Positions 38,803 through 51,064 of a DNA stretch of 64,000 bases are shown piece by piece. The notes under the pieces were generated by a model, which was not told the origin of the DNA, searched no databases, and worked only from the letters and a program-made list of their open reading frames with translations. Made by a program: the position numbers and the translations under genes. Within the stretch, counting starts at the first letter, position 1, and each line of letters begins with the position of its first letter. Origin of the DNA: Octopus vulgaris (taxonomy: Eukaryota); contig OX597828.1 in the NCBI GenBank assembly GCA_951406725.2, positions 60,636,001 through 60,700,000 on the forward strand, in the 5' to 3' direction.

Positions 38803-40553
38803 AATTTCTTTATTGGCCAGTGAGGGCCCAACACAAAAGGGACAGCACAAGGACGGACAACACAAAGTGGGGACATAAAACATAAACGAAGGAATGAAAT
38901 AAATTATATAATTAATGTGGGTGGAATGGTTACTCGAGTCCCACTCTCGAGTGGTAACATTTAACTATTTGTTTCTTCAATGTTTTAAATCAATTTAAAT
39001 ATTACAGTATCGGATCATGTATTGTGTCAAGTTCTCATATTCCATCACGGGAAGTAGAGAGTCACATCTCACCTCTGGTCCTAGTAGGTCTATGTCATTG
39101 GGCAAAAATTCCTTTTAGTTTTTCGTACCTGTCCATATCTATTAGTATGCATTTTATTATTATTAGGTAGTACCCTACAGGCATTTTAACTCTTATTGCT
39201 GATTTAATTTTTGAAATCTTTCTCTCGATGGCCGTACTCGTCACATAGGTCATCAAATATGTCCTATTTTTGTGACTGGCCTGAGAGGTTTGTGTGTTTT
39301 TATGTTTCTGTTTGTGTATGTCTGTCTGGAGAATCTGGGCAGTTTGGGATGTTTGTGTTTTTCTTGGGTGTTTGCAGAGGTGAGGCAAACTGTGTGAGTG
39401 TTTTCTATATTTGTTTTCTGTGTGTTGGGTGCTTGTGTGTTACTTGTTTCTTTCTTTTTCTTTTTGTTCAGGTTCTTTGTGGGGGTGGGGAATTTAGTTC
39501 TTTTCTCTTTCTGCTCTGCATCTCCTGGAACTCTTTGTCCATACTTTTCACATCTGTTGCTTCTATGGTTTCTTTTGCCCTCTCGACTCTGTTGCTGTTC
39601 TCGTTCTGATCCTCCTCCGCCAGTGTCTGATTATTTTATAGGGGACAGCTAATCTTTATGTGTCCCCTCCTTCTACAGTGGTAGCAGGTGGGAGGACTCC
39701 CCTTCACCACCACTCGCAACTTCACTTCTTCAGGCAGCTCAATTTCCTCCACTATTTCTTCCAAGTCCTGTGGGGTAGCCTGGATTACAACTTCCGGGCC
39801 ATAGTTCAATTGCTTTGTCCGAGTCATTTACATTATTTTTGGGTCCTCTTTTGTCCCCGTCAATATTGCTGCCAGCAACCATACCTCAGCTATCTCAGGG
39901 GGGCACCCTGCCAATCCTTACTCTCGTCACACATTTACCGAGATAGGTTGGCAAGAAAACCCATTCCTCTGTTCTCAATGTCATAGTGGAGTGCTTTATT
40001 GCCTCCTCTACGGCAGCAAAACGCACTTTCACCGTACTGAATCTTCTTCCTCTACAAAAAAATTGAATGTTATTCCTGATTTCTTTTAGACACTCCTCTA
40101 TGGCGTTTTCACTTGCCTTTTCTATTTTCTTGCTGTTGACTGATAGCTTTCTGTAAATCACCATTTTCTTATTGTTTTCATTTTTGTAATATCTACAGGG
40201 GGAGGGGATCAACTTTAGCCTTGATCCCTCTCTCTGAATTAAATCTTTGCCCCTCTTCAAAATTTCCAAACCCACCGTTACCTGTTTCTCTTCCAGCAGG
40301 TTAACTGTGGCTGTAACATTTTCGAGGCTTGCTACAGAAGCATAGCTCCTAGCTCGAGTTTGCTCGGGTGCCTGCACCACTTCCATAGTTTAATACTATT
40401 TTCTTCCCTGAATGGGATCAAAAACAAGGCGAACAGTAAAACAATTAGTGAACAATAGTTCAACAGTTTCAACAATAGTTAAACCTGTTAGGAAGACGCT
40501 TCAACGAAAAGTAACTTGCCTGCAACGGAGCCACAAGGGATTTATCAAGGAAA
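38803..40553 (-). mobile_element. ORF1-only (HAL1-like) non-autonomous retroelement, decayed
   Basis: ORFs 39895..40386 (RSYASVA...RGRRFSTVKVRF...LPTYLGKCVTRVRIGRVPP) and 39636..39827 (CYHCRRRGHIKISC, CCHC knuckle). No RT. The 3' end has a GGCCC..GGCC stem-loop then AATAAAGAAA. Candidate TSD ACTA(T/C)CAAAACGCTC at 38788..38802 and 40554..40568. Confidence 0.75.
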
Positions 40554-40674
40554 ACTACCAAAACGCTCTCTCTGACTACTAGAGACCACTACTCTTTATA
40601 AGAGTTCCGCTTGTCCATTCTTCCAATTCTGTAGGAGTGCCAATGACACTCGCCATAATAGTTTCATTCATAAA

Positions 40675-40860
40675 ACTACGGCTATGTTTGGGCACCGCCT
40701 TGAGAAATTTTTAGTCGAATGGATCGACTCCAGTACATTTTTTAAAGCTTGGTACTTATTCCATCCGTATATTTTGCCGAACCGCTAAGTTACAACCAAG
40801 TACGGTTGTGAAGCGGTGTGTGTGTATGTGTGTGGGAGAATAGACACAAAGACAAATACA
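40675..40860 (-). mobile_element. CORE-type SINE 3' half, old
   Basis: GGCACCGCCTTGA..TTAGTCGAA..TTTGCCGAACCGCTAAGTTAC matches 51900..52085. Confidence 0.65.
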
Positions 40861-41047
40861 CATCATAGGAATGTGTTTGTGTGTGATTTTACATTCAGTT
40901 GTGCAACTTGTAGTATTCTGTTTAAAGCCTGTCCACAGTATTCGGCAACCTGATGTCAACAACTGTATGAAGGTATATGCCACAGGATCTACTTCAGGAA
41001 TTCTTTCGAGCTTGTAAGGCTTATATATAAAAATAAACATGAGACAG

Positions 41048-41349
41048 AAAATGGAATTCACGATACTCTGTATTCAGAATCACGACGATCTTTTCGACCC
41101 ATCATGCACAGGTGCCTTACAGGTGAGATGCTGTACAACTAATTGCCATGCATTATAGTTGCAGCAGCGTCTCCTCAGGTGACTTTCCAAAAAGCACCCC
41201 ACTTTCTACTTCCTGTTTCGCTTATTTCTATAACAATACATTTTGGTTAGTGAAGCATACCATACGTCTGTCACCTGTAAGGTACCGGTGCATGATGGGT
41301 GATTATGATTGCAGTGAGTCTGAAGAAAGTATCTCGTGAATTCTATTTT
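41048..41349. mobile_element. MITE-like element with ~80-bp imperfect terminal inverted repeats
   Basis: AAAATGGAATTCACGA...ACCCATCATGCACAGGTGCCTTACAGGTGA (41048..~41127) versus the reverse complement of ~41271..41349. Confidence 0.6.
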
Positions 41350-41496
41350 GTCACTCGCATTTTTATACATACATACATACATACATACATACATACATAC
41401 ATACATGCATACATACATACACACACACACATACATACATACATACATACATACATACATACATACATACATACATACATACATACATACATACAT

Positions 41497-44400
41497 GATG
41501 ATGATGGCCGTCCACTCGTGACCGAGGAAGACCATTGCCGACCTTCAGGAACATTGTGCGCCCTAGGACTAACTTATATTTTGCCTTTGCGGCTCCGTTG
41601 GTGGCTAATGAGCCCTGCTCTTGACAAGCATACACGACTGCAAACATTGCAGACCAAGCTTTCCCCATTCACTATACGAGTCGTGCGCCGTCGCGCAGCT
41701 CGCTTAAGTTCTTCATGCTGGATTCGTGCTCTCTCAAAAGTGTTGATCCCCTCCTTAACCTGCTTCCTCCATCTGTGGCGATGACAGGCATTATTCTCTC
41801 AGTCAGTGTCTTGTATATCACAGGCATTTAATGAGGACTTGACACAGTCCTTAAATCGCAGCCTTGGTTTCTGTCGGTGTCTCCTTCCATTCACAAGTTC
41901 TCCATAGAGCATCTGCTTAGGAATCCTGCTATCCTTCATTCTAATAAGGTGTCCAGTCCAACGTAACCGGTGCTTGTGCACCATCGCCCCAATACTCAAG
42001 ATATGAGCTCTCCGCAGGACCTGTGTGTCTGGAATTTTTGAGGTCTAGCCAACATTGCGAATGCGTCTGAGACATCTCTGATGAAAGCGTTCAAGGACCC
42101 TTACCTGTCTTGCTGTGAAAATCATATCCATATCTACCAGATCGGAAGACACATTGAGATTCAGATAGGACATCATTTACGAGACACCCATTCAGACGGG
42201 TAAGAAGAATATTTGCCAGAACTTGCCAGCAGCTAATAGTTGAGCAATACCTCTGTAGTTACCACACATTGTTCTGGCTCCTTTTCCTTTATATAGAGGA
42301 ATAATTGCATCCTTCCAGTCCTTAGGGATTGCACCATCCCTCCAGACTGCACTAATAAGTTCATGAAGGGACTGTGTGATGTAATTTCCACCAAATCGCA
42401 AGACCTCAGCACAAATTATATCCTTTCCAGGTGCCCTACCAAGATTCAATTTACTTATTGATGCCATTTCTTCATCTATTGAGGGCGGGGAGTCTAAAGA
42501 GCCAATTGTATGTCATTGTTGCATAGTATCAATCACTGTTTCATCCACAACATGGTTTAGGACTTCAGAGAAGTGTTCGATCCAGCGACCTGTGATTTCT
42601 GTTGATTTAGTAAACAGAGTGGAAGACTCCTTGGAAAGCAAAGGAGCTGATATGGAGCTCTTAGGTCCATAAGCTCGCTTCATAAGTCGGTAAAGCTTCT
42701 TGCTGTCATTTGCATCAGCAGCAGCCTAAACACCATGAGCAAGATCCTCCCACCAAGTGTCCTGCATCTTCCTGGGAGATCGCTGCAGTAGTGATTTTAC
42801 ACTGTTATAGTGGGCAAGTGCTAGACTTCGCTGCACAGTAGACAGTTCTCTGTGCAGCAACACACTGTGGGCATGGCGCTTTACCACTAATAGTCACTGA
42901 ATTTCAGCATCATTCTCATCAAACCAGTCTCTGTGTCTGGCAGTAACATACCCCAGTGTTTCGGCTGCACATTGAACAACCTGGTCTCGAAAATCTTCCC
43001 ATGCTGCAGCAGTTTCAATGCTGGACAAGTGAGTCTGAAGCCCTTTCCTAACCACAACATCATATACTTTGTGGACATTTAGACGGCGAGGAATGCTGAC
43101 TGGTCCTCTTTTCTCTTTCGCCCTAATCACCATTTGGAACTTTGCTCGCACCAGACTGTGGTCTGTCCAGCATTCTGATACATGCGACATTACAGATGTC
43201 ATAAATGTCGCGCTTGCGGATGATGACATAATCCAGCAAGTGCCAAACTTTGGACCTTGGATGCATCCACGTTGTTGTGTGATCACCTTTGTGCACAAAA
43301 TGAGTGCTTGCAATGTAAAGTCCATGTTCTTCGCAAAGCTCCAGTAGCATGAGACCATTGCTATTCATTTTCCCTACTCCAAAACGTCCTAGAGAGTTCC
43401 ATGTTTGCCAGTCTGTTCCAAACCTGGCATTAAAATCCTCCAGTAGAATGACTTTATCAGAATTAGGGATTTTTCTAAGTATGGCTCTCAGCAGGGTATA
43501 AAAGATTGTTTTATCTTCATCACAGCTAGTCAAAGTAGGTGCATAGGCACTTATTAGAGTAGCAAACCGCTTACCTTTCAAGTGCAACCGTAGCGTCATT
43601 ATACGTTCATTTATAGGAACAGGGAGCTCTTCTAACTTCTTAAGGATATCAGATCGGACTGCAAAGCCAACACCAGCCTCTCTGCGCTCCTCCTTCTGCC
43701 TTCCTTTCCAAAAAAAGGTGTATCCACCTCCTACGTCTTCAAGCTGACCATCACCTTCTATACGAGTCTCTGAGAGTGCAGCTATATCAATTTTATAACG
43801 GTTCAGCTCACGAGCAACAAGTGCAGTGCGTCTTTCAGGCTTGCAATCACTCTTGCTGTCCAACAGAGTGCACACATTCCAACATGAAATGTTTAAGTTC
43901 CGTCCAGATTTTATAGATAAAAGACTTTGTTTTTCGAGCGTCAGTCGCGCTAAACTGACCAGATATGGAAAGACAGGCAATTTTTGGTTCACCATTTCTG
44001 GAACCTCCCCGGTCTCCGGGTGAGCAGTGCCCTCTCCAAATGGAGCTGCTCAGACACCTATGCAGCAACCGAATCCTACTGCTGTCTTGGGCGACAAGGA
44101 GACAACTTTATATCTAGCATGGGCCGCCTACGTGCAAGTCGCTGACTACATACTTCCTACTCGTCAGGTCTGCATGCTTCACCACCTTCCCATCGCCGCA
44201 GGACTTCCGAATAAAAAAAAAATATATACTAAAAATGAAGAAAATATATACTAAAAATAAGATAAATATAGACTAAAAATAAGATAAATATATATAGAAA
44301 AAAAATGCACATATCGAGCAGAGGTCGGCAATGCCTGTGCAGAGTTTTAGGTCCAATAAGGCTTGCACAATACCTCACAGACCCTCTCCACTTTATTGAC

Positions 44401-44853
44401 ATTGTCCAGAGACAAGCCGGAGCAAGTTGTCTGGTGCCAATATGAGTCGCAGGCTCAGGGATGTGGGAGCGCCGTGATCTCTAGCACAAACCAAAGATCC
44501 CCAAAATGTCCAATGACATTCCCTGCATATCTGGTTTTATATCAGAGTGACCTTCTCCTAGAGACATGCTTTAACAAAAGCTGAGGGGCGCCTCACTCCC
44601 AGTGGTCTTTCAGCACTCCGGACACCATCCCGGAATTTCTGCGTACCCGTGCTAACATTTATTGGATGGCTGTTGACTCTCAAGAGGTCCTCCGCCCTTT
44701 GACGGGTTTTATTTTTCATCCCGCAGGGTGTCCAGTAAACACCCTCCTCACCAAGCAGGCTTGGTGAGGTTGCCGGTTTAGTCGCCGACGACCCGACCAC
44801 GCAACAGGTTGTACTTGGTTACATGTTACTAGTAGCACTCGAAAGTGACCTGA
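41497..44853 (-). mobile_element. RTE-clade (BovB-like) LINE with 5' UTR, APE, partial RT and 3' tail; RT core deleted
   Basis: APE ORF 43123..43995 (WNVCTLLD..PERRTALVARELNRYKIDIAALSETR, YAPT, DFNAR, TTWMHPRSKVWHLLDYVI). RT start 42192..42467 (KAPG-like, PLYKGKG..CGNYRGI). C-terminus 41799..41999 (RLRWTGH..RIPKQMLYGEL). (CAT)n tail. (CATA)n on both flanks. Confidence 0.93.
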
Positions 44854-45366
44854 CATAACATACATACATAAATACATAAATACATACATACATAAATACA
44901 TAAATACATAAATACATACATATGAACTCGGAACCGTTTGGTTTGAAGCAAACTTCTTACCATACAGCCTCGCTTGTGCCTCCACGCTCACACAAACACA
45001 CATATCATCTGAGTATGTGTATATGTGCATGCAAGCGTATGTATGTATGTGCATGCATAGCATTTTAAATTGCGAAGACAGATGTAAGGTGGGTTCAAAA
45101 GTCTGAAACGGATAAAAAAGGATGAAGACAGTTGCTGGCAGCTGGGAAAAACTGATGTTACAAGATTATGAAATGAAAAAAACACGCACCTAAGCTTACT
45201 TCTCGGTATCACGTTGTGTGGGTGTCATATCTGACTTTTGAGAGTGTGTGAGTATGTGTGGTGTGTGTGTGTGTGTGTGTGTGTGTGAGTATGAGTATAC
45301 GCGCGCGCGTGTGCGCGTGTGTGTTTCTGTACGTTTATTATAATGTACATATACGCCGAATGTCTG

Positions 45367-45457
<91 letters not shown>

Positions 45458-45544
45458 GTCGGTTCTAAGCTGATGAAAATATAGTGTATGTATTTCTGCA
45501 TTCAGTTCCACTTCTCCGTTTTAAAGTCAAATACGTACTTGCAT

Positions 45545-46010
45545 ATGTATGTCATTATTCAATTTTATTTCAAAATTTCTTGCCAATGAAGAAAGATACA
45601 GCTTTGAACCTAGATCCAAGATTCCCTCATTGGAATTTTAACATCAGCAAGGAGCTTTTTGTATGTATGTATGTATGTATGTATGCATGTATGTATGTAT
45701 GCGTGCAGATTTGTATGTTTTGTTTAATGTATGTCTTCTCATGCATATAGTTACATATCTAGACATGCTCATATATATTTAAATGATAAACTTCTGGAAC
45801 GTTTTACAGATTTTTACAGTTCCAGTGATGGATTGGATCTGTATTCTTCGAATCAGCTTTCTTCTTTCCAGTGTTGTGAAGCTTAATTTCTCAAGATTGA
45901 TATGTAGGCAGTGTGCTAATATCCTAGCTCTCCAAAAATTACAGGTATGAACCTGAACTTGTCATCTGGATAGAGTAACTGCAGATTTCTCTAAACTTCA
46001 GCGTAGTTAT
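45545..46010 (-). mobile_element. RLE-type (R4-like) element 3' end, copy 1
   Basis: Colinear with 46222..46765. Carries an internal (CATA)n in its 3' UTR. Confidence 0.75.
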
Positions 46011-46020
46011 TTTCTTTTAC

Positions 46021-46055
<35 letters not shown>

Positions 46056-46221
46056 TGTATGTATGTATGTATGTATGTATGTATGTATGTATGTATGTAT
46101 GTATGTATGTATGTATGTATGTGTGTGTGTGTATGTATGTATGCATGTATGTATGTATGTATGTATGTATGTATGTATGTATGTATGTATGTATGTATGT
46201 ATGTATGTATGTATGTATGCA

Positions 46222-47250
46222 TTTATGCCATTATTCAGTTTATTTCAAGACTTGTTGCTAGTAGAGAAAGAACCGGTTTCTAACCTAGATCCAAGTCTCC
46301 TTCATTAGAATTTCAACATCAATAACAGGGTATTTTTGCTTATATGTTGTATGTATGTACGTACGTACGTATGTATGTATGTATGTATGTATGTATGTAT
46401 GTATGTATGTATGTATGTATGTATGTATGTATGTATGTATGTATGTATGTATGTATGTATGTATGTATGTATGTATGTATGTATGTATGTATGCGTGTGT
46501 GTGTATGTATGTATTTGCAGATTTGTATATTTTATGTATGTATTCTCATGCATATACTTGCATATCTAGACATGCTCATATATACTTAAATGATAAACTT
46601 CTGGAAAGTTTTACAGATTTTTACAGTTCTAGTGATGGAGAAGTCTAATTTCTCAAGATTGGTATTTAGGCAATGTGTTAAATATCTCAGGGCCCCAATG
46701 ATTACAAGTATGGACCTGAATTTGTAATCTGGATAGAGTAACTGCAGATTTCTCAATAGTTCAGCATGGGTGTTCTCTTTTTCACTGATCTTCAGCTTTA
46801 TGTTAACATCCGGTGGGCAGATATTTTCCACAACTGTGCACAGATTCTTTTCCCTATCCCAAATCATTATATCAGGTCTGTTGTGCTTACATTTTATTGA
46901 GGTCTTCACTGGTACATTCTACCTGTTTTCCTTTCTATTATGAATTGCTATGGCTTCTACCATATTGTGGTTTTTTATTTCTTTGTCCTTGGGATTATCC
47001 TTCAGACGGATTTCATTACAGAGTGTCTTAGCTACAACGACATGTCTCATCGGTAGATAATACCGTGATGAAATTTTCAGACAACTGTTTATGATGCGGG
47101 TGATATCTTGAATGTGAACTCCACAAAGTCTGCATCGGTTGTCACATTTTACTGCTTTTCTTGCATTTCTATCTCCTTTTTGCTTCAAGTACTTGGTTGA
47201 TTTTTCCTGTTCCTGGATTGCAAAGACATACCTTTCAAAGTGAGAGGTAG
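46222..47250 (-). mobile_element. RLE-type (R4-like) element 3' end, copy 2 (zinc finger and PD-(D/E)xK nuclease)
   Basis: ORF 46919..47368 (AIQEQE, CRLCG...I.SC..RH) and ORF 46586..46909 (HNRPDIMIWD...EKENTH..L, IIGAL). Tail runs into (CATA)n. Confidence 0.85.
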
Positions 47251-47259
47251 TAATATATG

Positions 47260-47324
<65 letters not shown>

Positions 47325-47347
47325 ATGTGTGTGTATATTATCTGTAT

Positions 47348-47979
47348 TATTATATGATTGAACGCCACGCATCCTCTTCCAAGTAAGTTTTATCCTAAGT
47401 CTGATACGCACTCTATACGATCTTTTACTCTTTCGTTTTTCTCTCTTTTACTCTTTCTTATTCTTTTACCTCCTCTTCTCCAACTATTCTACCCTATTAT
47501 TGTGTCACTCTCACTCCCTCACTCCTCCTCCCTTGCTCACGTGGCTCCCACGTGGCCATCGGCCATTTTCTTTCTCTCTCTCTCTCCGTTGTAGCTGGAA
47601 CAAGGAAGACGTTTTCTTGTTTGTCTCGTGTCCTAGCTTTATTTACGCATTCGCCACCACAACCTCGTTTAGGTTTAGCAACCCTTCCTGTTTGTTTTCA
47701 CTCTCCTATTTGTGTTACCAATTTTAACTCTCCGCAAAATCCCAAATTTTATTTAATTTGCTTTGCGGGAGCAACTGTTTTGTCGAAAGCGTAAATTGTT
47801 GTTAAATGCTCGAAATACGAGAGTAGAAAAACAACCAACAACTGATAAAGGGTCGTTTTTTAATTTTTTTATTATTTCCATTTGTGTCTTACCATTCGAA
47901 AGAATAGTTCATGTTCCAAGTACTCGTGCTTCGTATATTTTTTTGTTGTATACGTTTCCCAACGTCCTGTGGCCACATA

Positions 47980-48034
<55 letters not shown>

Positions 48035-48142
48035 GTATAGATGTAAGTATGTACATATACGTATGTATATATGTATATATATATATATATATATAATTTA
48101 TATTATATGATTGAACGCCACTCATCCTTTTCCAAGTAAGTT

Positions 48143-48147
<5 letters not shown>
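47348..48147 (+). repeat. ~750-bp pyrimidine-rich repeat unit with a 47-bp terminal direct repeat
   Basis: TATTATATGATTGAACGCCAC(G/T)CATCCT(C/T)TTCCAAGTAAGTTTTATC at 47348..47394 and 48101..48147. Composition resembles 12650..13359. Confidence 0.65.
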
Positions 48148-48179
<32 letters not shown>

Positions 48180-48208
48180 AATATATAATATAGATATGTA
48201 TATTATAT

Positions 48209-48281
<73 letters not shown>

Positions 48282-48285
48282 TGCA

Positions 48286-48613
48286 TTGGGTTGTCCGGAA
48301 AGTCCGTGCCGATTTTTAAAGGAAAGGAAAAGGTCAATAAATACTTGCCATTACATTTTTAATCAACCAAATATGAACCATTTTGTTGCACAATGCGTCT
48401 CCATCTTTCCTTTAAATTTCTTATCTTCCATTTTAAAGGGTTACAGAATTAACACAGGTTATAGGAATATAAACCTTCTTCCACAAAAAGATAGCTTAAA
48501 CTGTGCTCTAAATGGAAATGTAGTCAAATCCTATTTTATGGACTCAACCATGTTCTAAAATAAGTCGAAAGGTAAGCTACTACAAATCGGCACGAACTTT
48601 CCGGACAATCCAA
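48286..48613. mobile_element. Non-autonomous mariner (MITE), 328 bp
   Basis: 30-bp TIRs TTGGGTTGTCCGGAAAGTCCGTGCCGATTT / AAATCGGCACGAACTTTCCGGACAATCCAA. TA at the right flank, CA at the left. Confidence 0.85.
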
Positions 48614-48735
48614 TATGCATGTATGTATTATCTATCTAGCTATATGTGTGTATGTGTGTGTGTACCGATTTCACATATCGTCGTTTGCTTAGCATCTGAA
48701 AAAGAATATATTTATTTGACTTGTCCTCTAATGAG

Positions 48736-48773
<38 letters not shown>

Positions 48774-48795
48774 ATGCTTGGAGAACCCATATGTG

Positions 48796-48886
48796 TTTTA
48801 GCTGATGAGTACGGGACACTTGTATTTGCTGCAATATTTGCAGCTTTTAATAAAGCTTGTCTTGGTATGAAACAATTGTACTAAAA
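48796..48886 (+). ncRNA. Type I hammerhead ribozyme with large stem II insert, in a solo ~265-bp unit between (TA)n tracts
   Basis: Stem I TTTTAG/CTAAAA; CTGATGA at 48802..48808; stem II GTAC..GTAT extended by CGGGAC/GTCTTG; GAAAC-AATT-GTA (palindrome ACAATTGT); GUA triplet. Confidence 0.8.
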
Positions 48887-49034
48887 AAACTAATCCATTC
48901 TTGTTGCTTTTTTCTCGTTTATAATCACCCCACATTATTGTATGGTTAATACCATATAGTTTTCTGGTGCATCTAAGTTAAGTACCGCATTCAAGTGAAT
49001 TCATTAGAACTGACTTGAATCTTAATTGCTTTTA

Positions 49035-49126
<92 letters not shown>

Positions 49127-49160
49127 ATATATATATATATATATAATTGTCAATGAATTT

Positions 49161-49614
49161 GACTAGATTGTTAAAAGCCACCTACATTGCTAGAAATAAG
49201 AGCAAAAACTCTCTCATACAGTAGTTAACGCACATGAATATACAAATGAATATATACACTAACATGACTGTCCGAAAAATACCGACCGAGAATTCTTAAG
49301 ACTGACGTCATTTTCGGTAATTTCCGTTGGCATCATTAGTTAAACCAGCTCGGTGTTCGGCTTTTTCCGGACCTGTTTCTCTATTAGTATATATGTTTTT
49401 GTCATCCAAATTAAGGGATGATTTAGCCGGCTTAACTGAAGATGGCAACGGAAATTGCCGAAACTGACGTTAGTTTTAAGAATTCTTGGTCGGCATTTTT
49501 CGGACAATTATGGTCCTTGTTAGTGTATATGTCTTCATTCACGTGTGTTAACTACAGTATTAGAGCATCTTAGCTCTTATTTCTCGCAATGTAGGTGTTT
49601 TTAAAACCCTAATC
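49161..49614. repeat. Fold-back pair of hammerhead-containing ~190-bp units
   Basis: 49161..49350 is a diverged reverse complement of 49425..49614. Confidence 0.85.
49431..49480 (+). ncRNA. Type I hammerhead ribozyme (minus-strand partner at about 49295..49343 has core CTAATGA)
   Basis: CTTAA-CTGAAGA-T-GGCAA-CGGAAA-TTGCC-GAAA-CTGACGTTAG-TT-TTAAG, with a near-palindromic stem III. Confidence 0.75.
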
Positions 49615-49869
49615 CTTTTTGGTGAAATATTGCAACCTACTGTTTATATTAATTTTGCGTATACACATTAACAAATCGCTAAATTACCTCCGTCGCCAGT
49701 TAAAGAGCGTACTCAGTTGATGATATGCTCGCTCAAAATTATCGTCGTAGATATTGCACATAAAGACAAGATATTTGCATTTGTATTTACAAACAATTTT
49801 AATTAAACGCAGCAGATATGTTCTGCAGTACAAGGGGCAACAGCATTAGTGATACTTTGCCCTGAGCAG

Positions 49870-51028
49870 AAACTACAGGAAAGTTTCAAAGGTTTTACAA
49901 AGTCTTCTAAATTCATCGCAACATTGGAAACCTTTTCGTAGTGTCAGCCAGTATCTCAGGGTCGTGAGCGTTTCGCTCAGCCTGCACACTTCCGTTTGAG
50001 GATATTCAGGCTCCGAGATTTCGCTGGATTGAATTTCATGTGTGACTATGAGGCCATATTTTCTAACGATCTCAGTGTCCACCCTTCGGCTGATGGTGTC
50101 ATAACAATTATGTTGTCCAGGAAAGCCCTACAGACTAGAGTTCCTGTGCCTTTGCCAATTTCGGAAGCTCTCGACAGTTCACCTTCCACCTCCAACACTA
50201 AGTTCATGGCCGCAACAAATAGTAACACAGAAATTGTTCACCCTGTCATAATGCCCTTTTCCAGCCTCTGCCATTTAGTGGTAAAAATTTCCGACGGTGA
50301 ATCCATGTGGAATATTATGGGTTCGACTACTTCTGTTGTTACTTGGTAATGATCCAATACACTAGTAGCTAGTGGGGCACTCTTGGGTACGCTTTGGCAA
50401 GATCCAGTCGTAGAACGATAAGAGAGTCGTTATTCTTCCTCACCCCCATAATGACATGGCTGATCCCTCATGTGTTCGAGCCACCCATATTAGCTTGGAA
50501 TTTCTCCTTTTGGAAACTTATGCCGATGCACCCGTTGGTCAGGAGATATGATGTTAACATTTTGTAATGATGGTCCAAAATATCTTTCACTGTAAAAGAG
50601 ATCTTTCCAAAATCGTCAATCTCTGCAGAGTTTTCTGGAGGAAAGCAGCTCTCAGCAAATGTCTAGAGTCGGGGTTCCTGCTTCTTTTTCCAGATCGAAA
50701 GTAAAGTTCTTGCTATCCTCAGGAGCAGTAGGCTGCGCAGTTTTTGTAAATTTTATAAGTTGTGCTAGATGGCCCTGGAGTAGAATCTGCGCGGGCTTTT
50801 CCCACCACAGTCCCCAATTCGTCGAAAGTGAAGTCTGTCATGATGCAAGGAGTGTGAAAAGGGAAATTTTCCTCTTCCTGACGGAATGTCTCTTCTGGGG
50901 TCACTGTCCATTGCTGTTCCTCTGCTCTTCATCTCTTCCTTGGAGCATATTAACTTCCGGCTTTTTGGTTTTCTGAGGAGGTCAGCTATGAACTGGTAAG
51001 GTCTCTCTTTCTCTTTCTTTTTTCTCTC

Positions 51029-51064
<36 letters not shown>

